Of a DNA stretch of 64,000 nt, positions 1 through 9,982 are shown in pieces. Numbering within the stretch: position 1 is the stretch's first letter; every line of letters starts with the position of its first letter. Position numbers and translations under genes: made by a program. Source of the DNA: Candidatus Caenarcanales bacterium (lineage in GTDB: Bacteria > Cyanobacteriota > Vampirovibrionia > LMEP-6097); the NCBI GenBank assembly GCA_022447685.1, contig JAKVAO010000001.1:22939-86938 (forward strand), read 5' to 3'. A model generated the notes under the pieces. That model ran no database searches, was not told the DNA's origin, and saw only the letters and a program-made list of their open reading frames with translations.

Positions 1-538
1 TAGATTCTGGATTTACGATTAAGTCTAAGTATCTTTGGCGGTAGCGAGTTTCAACATCAGCTATGCCAAGTCTTCTTTTTTTACCTTCCACAATTTCAGG
101 TAGGGGTTGGAGTGTTTTGGAGAGTAAAGTGATTTTCTCTATGTCTAAAGTTACTTCTCCGCGAGGGGTTTTTCTTATCTTACCGGTGACACCAATATAA
201 TCACCCTTATCAAATAAAGGTAATAATTCTTTTAATTCTTCCGGACGAGTCTTTGCATCTGAAAATAATTGCAGTTTACCATCTTCGTCGAAAAGATCAA
301 CAAACATCCAATCGTTTCTCTGATTATGAACCTTGCCACACACAGAGGCTACAAAGTCAGTTCTCTCACCGTCTTCCAAATCTTTGAACTTCTCTTGAAT
401 CTCACCAACTCTGTGAGTTCTCTCAAAACCATACGGATAGGGATCAATTCCCTTTTCTTTTAGTTTTGCTAATTTTTCTAATCGTTGTTCTCTTAAGTTA
501 GAACTCGATTCTACATTATTATCCTGTGTCTTAACCAT
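1..538 (-). CDS. lysS: lysine--tRNA ligase (5' part, runs off window)
   Basis: Not in ORF track. Manual translation from ATG at 538: MVKTQDNNVESSSNLREQRLEKLAKLKEKGIDPYPYGFERTH...GDYIGVTG...RYRQRYLDLIVNPES, the class II LysRS anticodon-binding domain; start overlaps the upstream pilin stop. Confidence 0.95.
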   Translation of the reverse strand, partial: MVKTQDNNVESSSNLREQRLEKLAKLKEKGIDPYPYGFERTHRVGEIQEKFKDLEDGERTDFVASVCGKVHNQRNDWMFVDLFDEDGKLQLFSDAKTRPEELKELLPLFDKGDYIGVTGKIRKTPRGEVTLDIEKITLLSKTLQPLPEIVEGKKRRLGIADVETRYRQRYLDLIVNPES

Positions 539-1028
539 TGTCTAAAGCTACTACTATACTGGGCTTACCTTTTACAATTCCAATACCTGTAACAACAAAA
601 GCTCCCATCATTGGCTCTAGCTCAGGCTCTTCGTCTATACCAGCTCTAAATGGTCTAGCAAGAGTTACGTTAGGTTCATAACCAACCGTTCCTGGTAAGT
701 CTTGTTCAGGATCTACAAGACCGTCAATAAGCTCTACAGGCTCTTTCGTAAATGGATTTAGGATTTTACGGATAGCTCCGAGTTCTTCAACGTCATAAGA
801 AGACTCTGGAATGACGCCACCAGTATCTACTGAGGAAATTTGTATATTTGATGCTAAGGCTTGAACAGAAGCTATTACTTGTGCGTTCTTAGCCTTATCC
901 TGTGCTTCCATTAAATTAGGTATTGCTATGGTTGCAAGTATACCAATTATGATTACAACGACCATCAGCTCTACAAGAGTTAAGCCGCTTTCTGTTCTCC
1001 TTCCAAATTGTTTAACAATTCTTAACAT
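531..1028 (-). CDS. type IV pilin / pseudopilin-like protein
   Basis: Prepilin cleavage-methylation motif G-LTLVELMVVVIIIGILATIAIP; ATG at 1028 gives a normal short basic leader (ORF track extends to 1097). Confidence 0.85.
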   Translation of the reverse strand: MLRIVKQFGRRTESGLTLVELMVVVIIIGILATIAIPNLMEAQDKAKNAQVIASVQALASNIQISSVDTGGVIPESSYDVEELGAIRKILNPFTKEPVELIDGLVDPEQDLPGTVGYEPNVTLARPFRAGIDEEPELEPMMGAFVVTGIGIVKGKPSIVVALDNG

Positions 1029-1189
1029 AAGCCTGTTACAATCATAGCACTTAAAGAGTTTTTTATTCTTTAGGGTTGGGGGCGATCTATATAACATTTG
1101 AAGTCGGTCATTGAGATGACTTCAAGATATCTCAATCATTGGGTATTAAGTTAATAGATTAAGAATAGGAAAAGGAATATAAAAAACCG

Positions 1190-1765
1190 ATGGACTCAGA
1201 TTCAGTAGTGACTCTTGAAAAGCTTCAAAACAAGCTGAACAGCATAGAAGCTAAGATTGACCAGAATTTTAAAGATATAGGATCCCAACTAAAGGAGCAT
1301 ACTAGAGCTTTAGCATTCATATCGCAAACTCTGGGGAAAACTGATTTGGCAGGCAAATCGCCCAAAAATACCAGTGCTAGTCCTGCTAATGCTGATGAAA
1401 TGATTGCTGACACAAGAACTCAATATGAAAAAATTCGTGAAGAATTATACATTAGTATGAGTATTGAAATGAATGAGGAAAACAAGAAAAGTCCTTTGGG
1501 TAAAGAGATTGATGAGTTCCTAACTAGGATGCGTCTGACTTTCTTGAAGAGTCGTTTGAATATTGCTGATGCAGAACCAAGTAAGTTAGTTCATGTTGTA
1601 ACAAGTAAATTTCCGAATGTGATGACTAATTTTGACCGTGTGGATGTGAAAGAAAAAGATCTTATTAAGCAAATAAACGGCTTATTTACTGGAAATATAT
1701 ACCAAGGAACTTATACTAAAGATTTACTTAAAAATATGTATAACGTTCTTCTGAATTGGGATTAA
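1190..1765 (+). CDS. hypothetical protein, N-terminal coiled coil
   Basis: 191-aa ORF with AAGGA upstream; no recognisable motif. Confidence 0.7.
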   Translation: MDSDSVVTLEKLQNKLNSIEAKIDQNFKDIGSQLKEHTRALAFISQTLGKTDLAGKSPKNTSASPANADEMIADTRTQYEKIREELYISMSIEMNEENKKSPLGKEIDEFLTRMRLTFLKSRLNIADAEPSKLVHVVTSKFPNVMTNFDRVDVKEKDLIKQINGLFTGNIYQGTYTKDLLKNMYNVLLNWD

Positions 1766-1777
1766 GCTATGGCTTAA

Positions 1778-2563
1778 TTAGATTTTTTTAGAATAATAGT
1801 CTGCAATTCTATTGAATGAAAGGCTAGTAAGAAATATTATTGCAGCTGGATATATTAGAAGGCTTGGATTTGTTCGTAAATACTGAAATGAATCTCCTGC
1901 AATAGTTCCCCAACTTGTATTTGGTGGGGAAATCCCAAGGCCTATAAAGCTTAAGGTACTTTCTGAAAGAATAGCCCTTGGTAAAGTAAAGCCAATACTT
2001 ACAAGTATCAGGGTCCATGCATTGGGGATAAGATGTTTAAAGATTATTTGTAAATGATTGAGACCAATTAATTTCGAGGCAATAATAAACTCTTCTTGTT
2101 TGAGTTTTAGTAGCTCTGCTCTGGTGATTTTGGTGATTTCCATCCAATTAATAAAGGCAAGACCAAACACTATAGCCCCAGATGATCTGGAAAACAAAAG
2201 AGAAACTATGCTGAGTACCAGTAAATCTGGAAGCGAATATATGAAATCAATGAATTTTAGGATTATAAAATCTACTTTGCCTCCAACATAGGCTGCAAGA
2301 GAAGCCATACTTACTCCTATGAGAAATGCTATTGCTGCTGTCGAGAAAGCTATGGATAAACTTGTTTGAGCACCTTTGATGATTCTAATGAAAATATCTC
2401 TGCCTAGCGCATCTGTTCCCAATATATGATTGCTGCTAGGTGCTTCTAAAATAGAATTGATATTGATACTAATATGGTCATGGCTAAAACAATCAGGGCA
2501 AAGAGTGTAAAGCAGGGTGCTAACACTAATGATTATTAAAAAACTAATGGAAAGTATTGGCAA
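1778..2563 (-). CDS. peptide/nickel ABC transporter permease (DppC/OppC family)
   Basis: HILGTDALGRD, EAA-loop-like EEFIIASKLIG...IIFKHLIPN, LSFIGLG...SWG. Confidence 0.9.
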   Translation of the reverse strand: MPILSISFLIIISVSTLLYTLCPDCFSHDHISININSILEAPSSNHILGTDALGRDIFIRIIKGAQTSLSIAFSTAAIAFLIGVSMASLAAYVGGKVDFIILKFIDFIYSLPDLLVLSIVSLLFSRSSGAIVFGLAFINWMEITKITRAELLKLKQEEFIIASKLIGLNHLQIIFKHLIPNAWTLILVSIGFTLPRAILSESTLSFIGLGISPPNTSWGTIAGDSFQYLRTNPSLLIYPAAIIFLTSLSFNRIADYYSKKI

Positions 2564-2575
2564 TCTACAAAAATC

Positions 2576-3532
2576 TTAACAGTTTAATGGCTCTGGTAGT
2601 GGGAAATGTGTTTTCTCTTCAATTACCTCAAGTGTTTGAATCAGCTCACTCGTCTTATAGTCACTAGTTCCAATAAGTTTGGATATTAGTTGTTCTATTA
2701 ATTTTTCTGGAGCAGAGGCACCAGAACTGATTCCTATTACAGAGTCCTCTATATTCTCTATAGATTCTTCAGGTACAAAACTTTCAGGGTCAGAGATTAA
2801 ATTAACAGCTTTGCCAGCTTTATCTACTAATTCTACTAACCTTAAAGTATTAGAGGAATTGTTGCTACCAATAATTAAAATATGGTCACATTTGTTAATA
2901 AGCTCTTTGACTGCATCTTGGCGGTTTTGAGTTGCGTAACAGATGTCATCTGCTTTAGGGAATTCAACATTGGAGAATTTAGATTTAATGGCATTAATTA
3001 TTTCAGCTGTATCATCCACAGATAATGTGGTCTGGGTACATACCACTAAAGCTGTTTCAGGATTGAGAGCTAAGCTGTTTAAGTCAGATGCAGATTCTAC
3101 TAAGTGAATTTCATCTCGTGCATAACCCATTGCACCAACTACTTCTTGGTGACCTTTATGTCCTATGTATATAATTTTTTTGTTGTTATCTACAGCTTTC
3201 TTGATTTCTTTATGGACTTTGGTTACTAGTGGGCAAACGGCATCTATGAAAAATATTCCTCTTGCTCTCGCTGATTCTATTACAGCAGGGTCAGTGCCGT
3301 GAGCTGAAAATATTAGTTTAGCTGAATCTGGTACTTCATTTAAATCTTCTATAAATATTACTCCACGATTCTTGAAATCATTGACTACGTGATGATTATG
3401 AACAATTTCGTGCCTTACATATATAGGTGCATCATATATATCAAGTGCTTTATCCACAATCTCTATTGCTCTATCGACACCTGCGCAGAAGCCTCTTGGG
3501 CTTGCAAGAATAATTTGTTTAGGTTTTTTCAC
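2576..3532 (-). CDS. ispH: 4-hydroxy-3-methylbut-2-enyl diphosphate reductase
   Basis: PRGFCAGVDRA, IVHN, SAHG, DAVCPLV, QTT, ICYATQNRQ, SSN, GASAP. Confidence 0.97.
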   Translation of the reverse strand: MKKPKQIILASPRGFCAGVDRAIEIVDKALDIYDAPIYVRHEIVHNHHVVNDFKNRGVIFIEDLNEVPDSAKLIFSAHGTDPAVIESARARGIFFIDAVCPLVTKVHKEIKKAVDNNKKIIYIGHKGHQEVVGAMGYARDEIHLVESASDLNSLALNPETALVVCTQTTLSVDDTAEIINAIKSKFSNVEFPKADDICYATQNRQDAVKELINKCDHILIIGSNNSSNTLRLVELVDKAGKAVNLISDPESFVPEESIENIEDSVIGISSGASAPEKLIEQLISKLIGTSDYKTSELIQTLEVIEEKTHFPLPEPLNC

Positions 3533-3554
3533 AGAAATAATAGTACTATTCTGA

Positions 3555-4520
3555 GTGAAGGCAAGTAAAGTGCAAGATCTATTGTTATTTCAAAATTTAT
3601 TATTAAAAATACTTCCTTTGTATTTGGTAATTCTCATTGGCTTTGTAGCAGGTAAGTTTCTTGAAATTGACAGGAAAAGTATTGCTCTGATGATAATGTA
3701 TGTTGTTGCCCCTATTGTATTCTTTAATGGAATTATCAAAGATAATATTCCGCTTCAGAGTTTATCTATTTCTGTATTTGTTTTTTGTGTTTGTACATTT
3801 TTGGCTTTAATTTTTTTAGGTTTAGGATCTTTGATTTGGAAAGACTCTACCAAAAATATCCTTGCTCTATGTTCAAGTTCAGGTAATATGGGCTATTTTG
3901 GTTTACCTGTTGCTTTAGCTATTTTTGGTCCAAAAGCACTGCCAACTGTAATTATGGCTACGCTCGGGATTATATCTTTCCAAAACTCTCTTGGCTTTTT
4001 TATAGCAGCTAACGGTAAGTATAGCTTTGTAAGAAGCTTAAAGAAAACTTTATTACTTCCTAATATCTACGCTGTGATTTTAGCTTTTTATTTGAAAGAC
4101 TTTATTGATATACCAAGTTTAAGTGGCTTTGCTAAGAATATTTTTAATATCGCAAATAATTTCACAGGTGCCTACAGTATACTTGGTATGCTTATTGTTG
4201 GTTTAGGCTTATCGCAAATCAAGTCTATGAAGCTCAATAAAAAAACTTTCCTATTTTTAATCTTGAGTTTATTTGCTAAATTTGCAATTTTCCCATTTTT
4301 GACTTACTTATTTATTATTTTTGATAAACATAGTTTGCACTTATTTAGTTCTAGCACTTACCCTGTTTTGATGATGCTCTCACTTGCACCTGTTCCTGCA
4401 AATGCAGTAGTTATAGCATCAAGTCTAAAGCTTGATACTGACATGATTTCCATTACTGTGATGTTGAGTAATTTCTTTGCCTTATTTTTAATACCAATGC
4501 TTTTAGTCTGGATGCATTAA
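3555..4520 (+). CDS. AEC (auxin efflux carrier) family transporter
   Basis: About 10 TM segments, GNMGYFGLPV motif, C-terminal PVPANAV. Confidence 0.85.
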   Translation: MKASKVQDLLLFQNLLLKILPLYLVILIGFVAGKFLEIDRKSIALMIMYVVAPIVFFNGIIKDNIPLQSLSISVFVFCVCTFLALIFLGLGSLIWKDSTKNILALCSSSGNMGYFGLPVALAIFGPKALPTVIMATLGIISFQNSLGFFIAANGKYSFVRSLKKTLLLPNIYAVILAFYLKDFIDIPSLSGFAKNIFNIANNFTGAYSILGMLIVGLGLSQIKSMKLNKKTFLFLILSLFAKFAIFPFLTYLFIIFDKHSLHLFSSSTYPVLMMLSLAPVPANAVVIASSLKLDTDMISITVMLSNFFALFLIPMLLVWMH

Positions 4521-5416
4521 GGTAGAATATTGAGTGCTACGCTGCTGAGAGAATTTGCCTGAGTTAGAACGCTACTTGCCATGTTTTGTCTAACTTGATC
4601 CATGAAATACTCACTTGAAGAAGCTGCTTTGTCATCGTCTAGCATGGTTGACCTTAATTGTTGAGCACCTAAGGCAAATACTTCCTGGAATTCGGATTGT
4701 GTTCTAAGTCTGTTCGAGTAAGAGGAATTCTTGCTTTCCATTCTGTTGATATTATCAAGCATTGCATTTATATCAGCTAGGCTTCCATTTCGTCCAGTTG
4801 CGCTTCCATCGTGGGAACTTACTGAATTAGAGCCGACATTGAATTCTTGAAGATTGATAGTCGATCCTTCACCTAATGATCCAAGGTTGGTATTATTAAT
4901 TGCAATTTCCATTCCTTTTCCAGTTGTTCCACTTGCAAGATCTAAACTTAAATAATCTTCATCATTCACACCGAATAAAATATTTATATCTTCAGTGCCG
5001 TCAAAAATATTTTTGTCACCAAACTGAGTATTTTCAGCTATGGCATTAATGGTTTCTACCCTTGCAACTACCTCTCTCTGTATGGCAGCAAGTTCTCTTT
5101 CACTATTAGGTGAATTATAAGCTTTAACAGTGAGGTCTCTTATCTCCTGTAAATTTTCTTTTACTGTTTTTAAACCAGCATCTAAAGTGTCTATAAGACC
5201 GACGCCTTGCATAATGTTTCTTCTAGCATTATCTGTACTTTTTACAACAGTATCAATTCCACTTGCTATTGATAAGCCAGCAGCATCATCTGCCGCTTTG
5301 GTGATCCTAGTTCCAGTGGATAGTCTTTTTGTTGTTCTTTCAAGATCACTTGAAATTTGGTTGAAAGATCTTACTGCAAAATCACTTGTAGCATTAGTAT
5401 TGATCGATAGAGCCAT
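4517..5416 (-). CDS. flagellin
   Basis: SINTN...RLSTGTRITKAADDAAGLSIA N-terminal domain; C-terminal SVLTQAN. Confidence 0.93.
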   Translation of the reverse strand: MALSINTNATSDFAVRSFNQISSDLERTTKRLSTGTRITKAADDAAGLSIASGIDTVVKSTDNARRNIMQGVGLIDTLDAGLKTVKENLQEIRDLTVKAYNSPNSERELAAIQREVVARVETINAIAENTQFGDKNIFDGTEDINILFGVNDEDYLSLDLASGTTGKGMEIAINNTNLGSLGEGSTINLQEFNVGSNSVSSHDGSATGRNGSLADINAMLDNINRMESKNSSYSNRLRTQSEFQEVFALGAQQLRSTMLDDDKAASSSEYFMDQVRQNMASSVLTQANSLSSVALNILP

Positions 5417-5452
5417 TTAGTATCATCCTCTTAGCCCCCTGTCTTGATATTT

Positions 5453-5479
5453 ATATCGGCTAAATGGATGAGATCTTTA
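5453..5479 (-). promoter_or_regulatory. sigma28 (FliA/SigD) promoter of flagellin 4517-5416
   Basis: Minus strand TAAA-GATCTCATCCATTTA(15 nt)-GCCGATAT, exact sigma28 consensus. Confidence 0.9.
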
Positions 5480-5503
5480 ACTAATTTTGTAAAAAGACTA
5501 GTA

Positions 5504-6436
5504 CTAGGGTATTAGATTTAGAGCTATACTTCCCTGTGAGTTAGATTGGGTTAGTATTGATGTGGCTGAATTTTGAACTAATTGGGATTTGATTAAATTA
5601 GAGCTTTCAGCAGCAACATCAGTATCAAATATGTTTGAGTGGACTTGACTCATACCCATAGTGAAAGCTTCTTGGTATTCCATATGAGAGCCAAGCGCGT
5701 TATCATAACTTCCTAGATTAGTTCTCATACGTGTGACATTTTCAATCATTTTGTCTATATCACTCATTGTATAATTGGCTTCCCCGCTACTAACAGCAAA
5801 GGTTGCGTCATCCGCAGCTACAACATTAATAGAACCAAGGTTCATTGTCTCTAAAGTTCTTCCAGTTGTATCTATACCCTCTGTTATTGAACCAAGGGCA
5901 GTCTCGTCTGTCGTGAGACTGATTTCAATTCCTTGATTGGCGGCGACTCCTGATTGAAATAATAAGGTAAGTTGGTCGCTATCTTTAACACCGTAGTGAA
6001 TATTTCTGTCCTGGCTCCCATCTAAGAGCACTGATTGACCGAATTTGGTACCTTCTGCAATACTGCCAATCGTATTGATACTCTCAACGAGTTCTCTTTG
6101 CATAACGTCTCTCTGTTCATCACTATAAACTCCGTTGTTTGCTCTTACAGTTAGTTCTCTTATTGAATCTAATTCATCACCAATAGATGCTAAAGCAGCG
6201 TCCATGGTTTGGAGCATTGATATACCATCACTGATATTTCTTTTAGAATTGGTTGTACTCTTTAAAAGAGTTTCAAAGCCTTTTGATATAGATAAACCAG
6301 CTGCATCATCTGCACCTTTGTTGATTCTATGACCACTAGATAATTTCATTGTAGAATCAGCTACTTTATCTGTAGCATTCTCAAATGACCTCCTGGTAAA
6401 TATCGCATTAGTATTTGTATTTAAAGAAATTGACAT
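5504..6436 (-). CDS. flagellin
   Basis: SLNTN...KLSSGHRINKGADDAAGLSIS; C-terminal DTDVAAESSNL...SILTQSN; ATG 6436 follows GGGGGAG RBS. Confidence 0.93.
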   Translation of the reverse strand: MSISLNTNTNAIFTRRSFENATDKVADSTMKLSSGHRINKGADDAAGLSISKGFETLLKSTTNSKRNISDGISMLQTMDAALASIGDELDSIRELTVRANNGVYSDEQRDVMQRELVESINTIGSIAEGTKFGQSVLLDGSQDRNIHYGVKDSDQLTLLFQSGVAANQGIEISLTTDETALGSITEGIDTTGRTLETMNLGSINVVAADDATFAVSSGEANYTMSDIDKMIENVTRMRTNLGSYDNALGSHMEYQEAFTMGMSQVHSNIFDTDVAAESSNLIKSQLVQNSATSILTQSNSQGSIALNLIP

Positions 6437-6472
6437 CTTCACTCCCCCGTATTGTGATTTGTATGTTTCTCT

Positions 6473-6499
6473 ATATCGGTCAAATGATCTAGATCTTTA
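6473..6499 (-). promoter_or_regulatory. sigma28 promoter of flagellin 5504-6436
   Basis: Minus strand TAAA-GATCTAGATCATTTG(15 nt)-ACCGATAT; shares TTAAAGATCT with the other flagellin promoter. Confidence 0.85.
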
Positions 6500-6529
6500 A
6501 CATTATTTCAAAAATATTTTATAGCTTCT

Positions 6530-8341
6530 CTAGATATTTACCTGGAGTTCATCATACTTGATAGGTTCACCAAATATCATATTGAGACCGAAACCAACTT
6601 GGTTTCTAACTGTATCGTAACTAGCCCTGAATTTGAAATCTTCTGGACCAAACTCTGCTCTGAGCTGGTTTTGTGTGATTTCATTATCATCCATGTTGAA
6701 GTTCGTGAAAGCTCCAATTGTGAGCCACTTGTTGATTTCAAGGTCGCCATCGAAGACTAAGGCGTGATTACCATCAACGAATTGATCAAAGATAAATGGT
6801 GACTCACCACCAATAGCAGCATATAAGTAATCTATCTCGAATTGAAGTTTATCGAAAGATGCTTCAATAGCAGGACCAAATCTGTTGATAACGTTAATAT
6901 CACCAGTGTCATAGAATCTCAAAGAACCCGCATTCCTTAATCTGAGAGCAACATTGAAGCCCTCATTTCCAAGTCTAAATAGTGGGTTCGTGTAGAATTG
7001 AATACTTTCTTCAAATCTGAAACCTTCTGCTCCAGCTGAGCCTCTAATGCCAGATTCATCTGCTCTTGCCCCTAATAAATCATCTCTTCTTTCACTAGAA
7101 AATAAGTCAACGTTATCTTCAACATAGCCAGCTATACTTCTTATCTGCGCTCCTCTTTCATCGAAAAGCCAATGATTAACTCTTAATCTATGCGCTAATT
7201 CATAATTTTGTTTAATTTGTGAATTACTGAACATTTGGTTTCGGTTAAATTGGTTCACGAGAGCGTTCGTTTCAAAACCCCAACCCAATTGTTGATGAGC
7301 ATTTAATATAAATCTATTTTCAAGAGACCCATAACCTGCCATGATTGCAGTGGTATCACCAGGCGTATTGAAACTGGCTATAGCACCACCACCAAAGCCA
7401 AAATCATTACCGAGTTGTAAGACTGGAGCAAGGGCAAAAGTATTACTACCAAATGATTTATAGAATCTTGGACCTAAGGCAAAGCCACCAATTCTTTCTC
7501 TTTGACCAATTACTGGTCCTCTAAATCTAGTATTTGCTGTTTCACCAACTGTAGTAGTAAGTTCTATTGGAGAAGGAATACTGAGCTTATCATTGATAGC
7601 AATTCTTGCACCTTGGATTTTTAAGTTGTTTTGTTTTTTGGTTTGATCATAAAGAATTCTTTTGGCTGAATATCTTAGTGAGCTTTTGTTCTCGTGTATA
7701 TCTTTCCAGCGTAGCTTTCTTCTCTCGTGATAGAACCTTAACTGTTGTGAATATCTTGTTTGCACGGCATTACCTGGTACGTATACTGTTATTGGTTCAT
7801 TAGTTACCAAGTAACCATTGTCAAAAACTAATTTGATTTTGTCGTCTTTATCTTCGTCCTTAGCTTCTTTGAACTCTGATTTACTGAAGCGTGCTTTAAG
7901 TCTAATCTGGTCAGAGAATATTTTAGGATTCTCCATGGTATATGTCTTGGTGTCGGTTTTGAAAGCAACATGCTCACCATAGGCAACACTTTCGTTTTGT
8001 GTTACTTTGACATCACCATCAGCTTCAATTAAATTCTCTAATCCATCAAAGCTTAGAGTGTCGGCTTCAATCTTGATATTTTTGTCTCTGATTATTGCAA
8101 TGGCATTACCATCAGCAAGATAAAAATCTTGAGTTTCATTATAGGTTAGCTCATCTGCAATAATTTCAACATAGGGCTTTTTACCTTGTGATTCTTCTTC
8201 TATAGAAAGCTCTTGAGTTTGATTTTCTTTTTTATCTTTTTTTGCGAAAACCATTCCAGAAGAAGATATGCAGAGCAAAGCTAATGAACTTAGTAATATT
8301 TTGGATTTATGGTTTGCAAAAAGCACAGACCCTCTAATCAT
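6530..8341 (-). CDS. LptD/OstA-like outer-membrane LPS assembly protein
   Basis: Signal peptide, OstA-type repeats (IIADELTY...ADGNA; IEADTLSFD...IEADGDV), C-terminal amphipathic beta-strand-rich region. Confidence 0.65.
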   Translation of the reverse strand: MIRGSVLFANHKSKILLSSLALLCISSSGMVFAKKDKKENQTQELSIEEESQGKKPYVEIIADELTYNETQDFYLADGNAIAIIRDKNIKIEADTLSFDGLENLIEADGDVKVTQNESVAYGEHVAFKTDTKTYTMENPKIFSDQIRLKARFSKSEFKEAKDEDKDDKIKLVFDNGYLVTNEPITVYVPGNAVQTRYSQQLRFYHERRKLRWKDIHENKSSLRYSAKRILYDQTKKQNNLKIQGARIAINDKLSIPSPIELTTTVGETANTRFRGPVIGQRERIGGFALGPRFYKSFGSNTFALAPVLQLGNDFGFGGGAIASFNTPGDTTAIMAGYGSLENRFILNAHQQLGWGFETNALVNQFNRNQMFSNSQIKQNYELAHRLRVNHWLFDERGAQIRSIAGYVEDNVDLFSSERRDDLLGARADESGIRGSAGAEGFRFEESIQFYTNPLFRLGNEGFNVALRLRNAGSLRFYDTGDINVINRFGPAIEASFDKLQFEIDYLYAAIGGESPFIFDQFVDGNHALVFDGDLEINKWLTIGAFTNFNMDDNEITQNQLRAEFGPEDFKFRASYDTVRNQVGFGLNMIFGEPIKYDELQVNI

Positions 8342-8408
8342 AAAACAGATGTCTATGAAATGGAGTTTTTTTTTGATTAAGGATATAATTGAGATAATAC
8401 AAATTTAT

Positions 8409-9524
8409 ATGTTTTTGAAGTCCATCAATTTATTGAATTATAGAAATTATCAAGAGTTATTTTTGGAATTAAATAATCAAAAACTCATTATTCTTGGTGA
8501 TAATTCTCAGGGGAAAACTAATTTACTTGAGGTTGTTCAAATTTTGAGTCTTGGTAAGTCCAAAAGAGCTTCTAAAGACGCACAGTTGGTTAATTTCGAT
8601 GCTGATAATGCTGTGATTCACGCAAAGGTGGATAAAGGTTTGGGGGAAGAATTAGCAATAGCGCTAATGATACGCAAAAGTGGTAGAAGAACTCTCAAGA
8701 TTAATGAAGTCACCAAAAAACCTTCTGATATTACTCATAAAATCTATACAGTTTCTTTTATGGTAGATGATTTACATATGGTGGCTGGCTCTCCAAGTGA
8801 GCGTCGCGATTGGTTAGATTCTATTCTAAGGCAGCTTAATATTCAGTATAAGGATGTTTACGCTAAGTTTGAGAAGGCTCTTAGCCAAAGAAATAGTTTT
8901 ATTAAATCTCTAGTTGAGCAAGGTGTTTATTTCCCTAATCTTAATGATAGTCATAGAGAACAATTAAGTATTTGGAATGAAATGTTTATCGAAGCAGCAA
9001 ATACTGTGACTAAGTATAGAAAAGCCTTAATCCAAGAATTAAATCCTGTTATTGCAAGTCATTATAAAAATATTTCAGGCAAAGAAGATGCTTTGGAGGT
9101 GAGCTATGCTGGGACTGAACTTCAAGAAGCTGACCTGGATAAGAGGCTTAGAGTTGATTTCATCAGATCATATACGACTTTAGGACCACACCGTGATGAT
9201 ATTAGTTTTGTTCTGAAGTCTCATAATGCTGGTGATTTTGCAAGCCAAGGTGAGAAAAGATCTATAGTTCTTGCTTCTAAATTATCTGAGATTGACTTAC
9301 TCAAGGCTAAGCATAATATTAGACCTATATTGCTTTTGGATGATGTTCTTGCTGAATTGGATGAGTCAAGGCAGGATCACCTTTTGGATGCTGTAGACTC
9401 TGACACTCAAGTGATTATTACAACCACTCATTTGGGTAAGCATTTGCAAAAATGGAGTGAAAATGCTCAAATTATAAATATAAAGTCTGGTGAAATCGTA
9501 GAGAAAGCTTTGCTGGGAGTATAA
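8409..9524 (+). CDS. recF: DNA replication/repair protein RecF
   Basis: MFLKSINLLNYRNY, Walker A GDNSQGKTN, GPHRDD, SQGE, LLLDDVLAELD; start set at ATG 8409 rather than 8268. Confidence 0.95.
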   Translation: MFLKSINLLNYRNYQELFLELNNQKLIILGDNSQGKTNLLEVVQILSLGKSKRASKDAQLVNFDADNAVIHAKVDKGLGEELAIALMIRKSGRRTLKINEVTKKPSDITHKIYTVSFMVDDLHMVAGSPSERRDWLDSILRQLNIQYKDVYAKFEKALSQRNSFIKSLVEQGVYFPNLNDSHREQLSIWNEMFIEAANTVTKYRKALIQELNPVIASHYKNISGKEDALEVSYAGTELQEADLDKRLRVDFIRSYTTLGPHRDDISFVLKSHNAGDFASQGEKRSIVLASKLSEIDLLKAKHNIRPILLLDDVLAELDESRQDHLLDAVDSDTQVIITTTHLGKHLQKWSENAQIINIKSGEIVEKALLGV

Positions 9525-9890
9525 ATGAAAAGAGAAAAGCAAGAAAACTTAATACCAATAAATAAACTTTTTTCTCAAATTACAAAAAATATTGATAAGA
9601 ACAAGCATCAGTCTATTTTTGAACTCTGGCGTGAACTTCAGTGGGAGAATTTAGGTTTACCGGATATCGTAAAACGTAAGACTTTTGCTGATAGGGTTAC
9701 TCGTGACCGTAAACTTATTGTCGGAGTAAAACATGCTGCTCTAGCAAATGAACTTCAATTTCATAAAGAAAAGCTGTTGAATTTACTTAACCAAGCAATT
9801 AAAAATGCTAATAAAAGTATTCACTTGAAGGAAAATTTTTCTCAAGACTATGTAAAAGAGCTTAGAGCCCTTGTTTTTGAGCTTAGATAA
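9525..9890 (+). CDS. DUF721/DciA-like protein
   Basis: Directly after recF; W...L..IV...T...LIVGVKHAALANELQFHKEKLL pattern. Confidence 0.7.
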   Translation: MKREKQENLIPINKLFSQITKNIDKNKHQSIFELWRELQWENLGLPDIVKRKTFADRVTRDRKLIVGVKHAALANELQFHKEKLLNLLNQAIKNANKSIHLKENFSQDYVKELRALVFELR

Positions 9891-9982
9891 CTACACTTAC
9901 AATTGTATGTCAAATCTTGCCTCAAGATAATATTGTATTTACATTATGGTGGCTTCAATAACTTGGTGGAGTATGGAATTTT

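Noticed and set aside
269..463. 64-aa plus-strand ORF
   Set aside because: Antisense shadow of lysS, which is clearly encoded on the minus strand
8268..8408. N-terminal extension of RecF in the ORF track
   Set aside because: Overlaps the divergent LptD-like gene; canonical RecF begins MFLKSI at 8409
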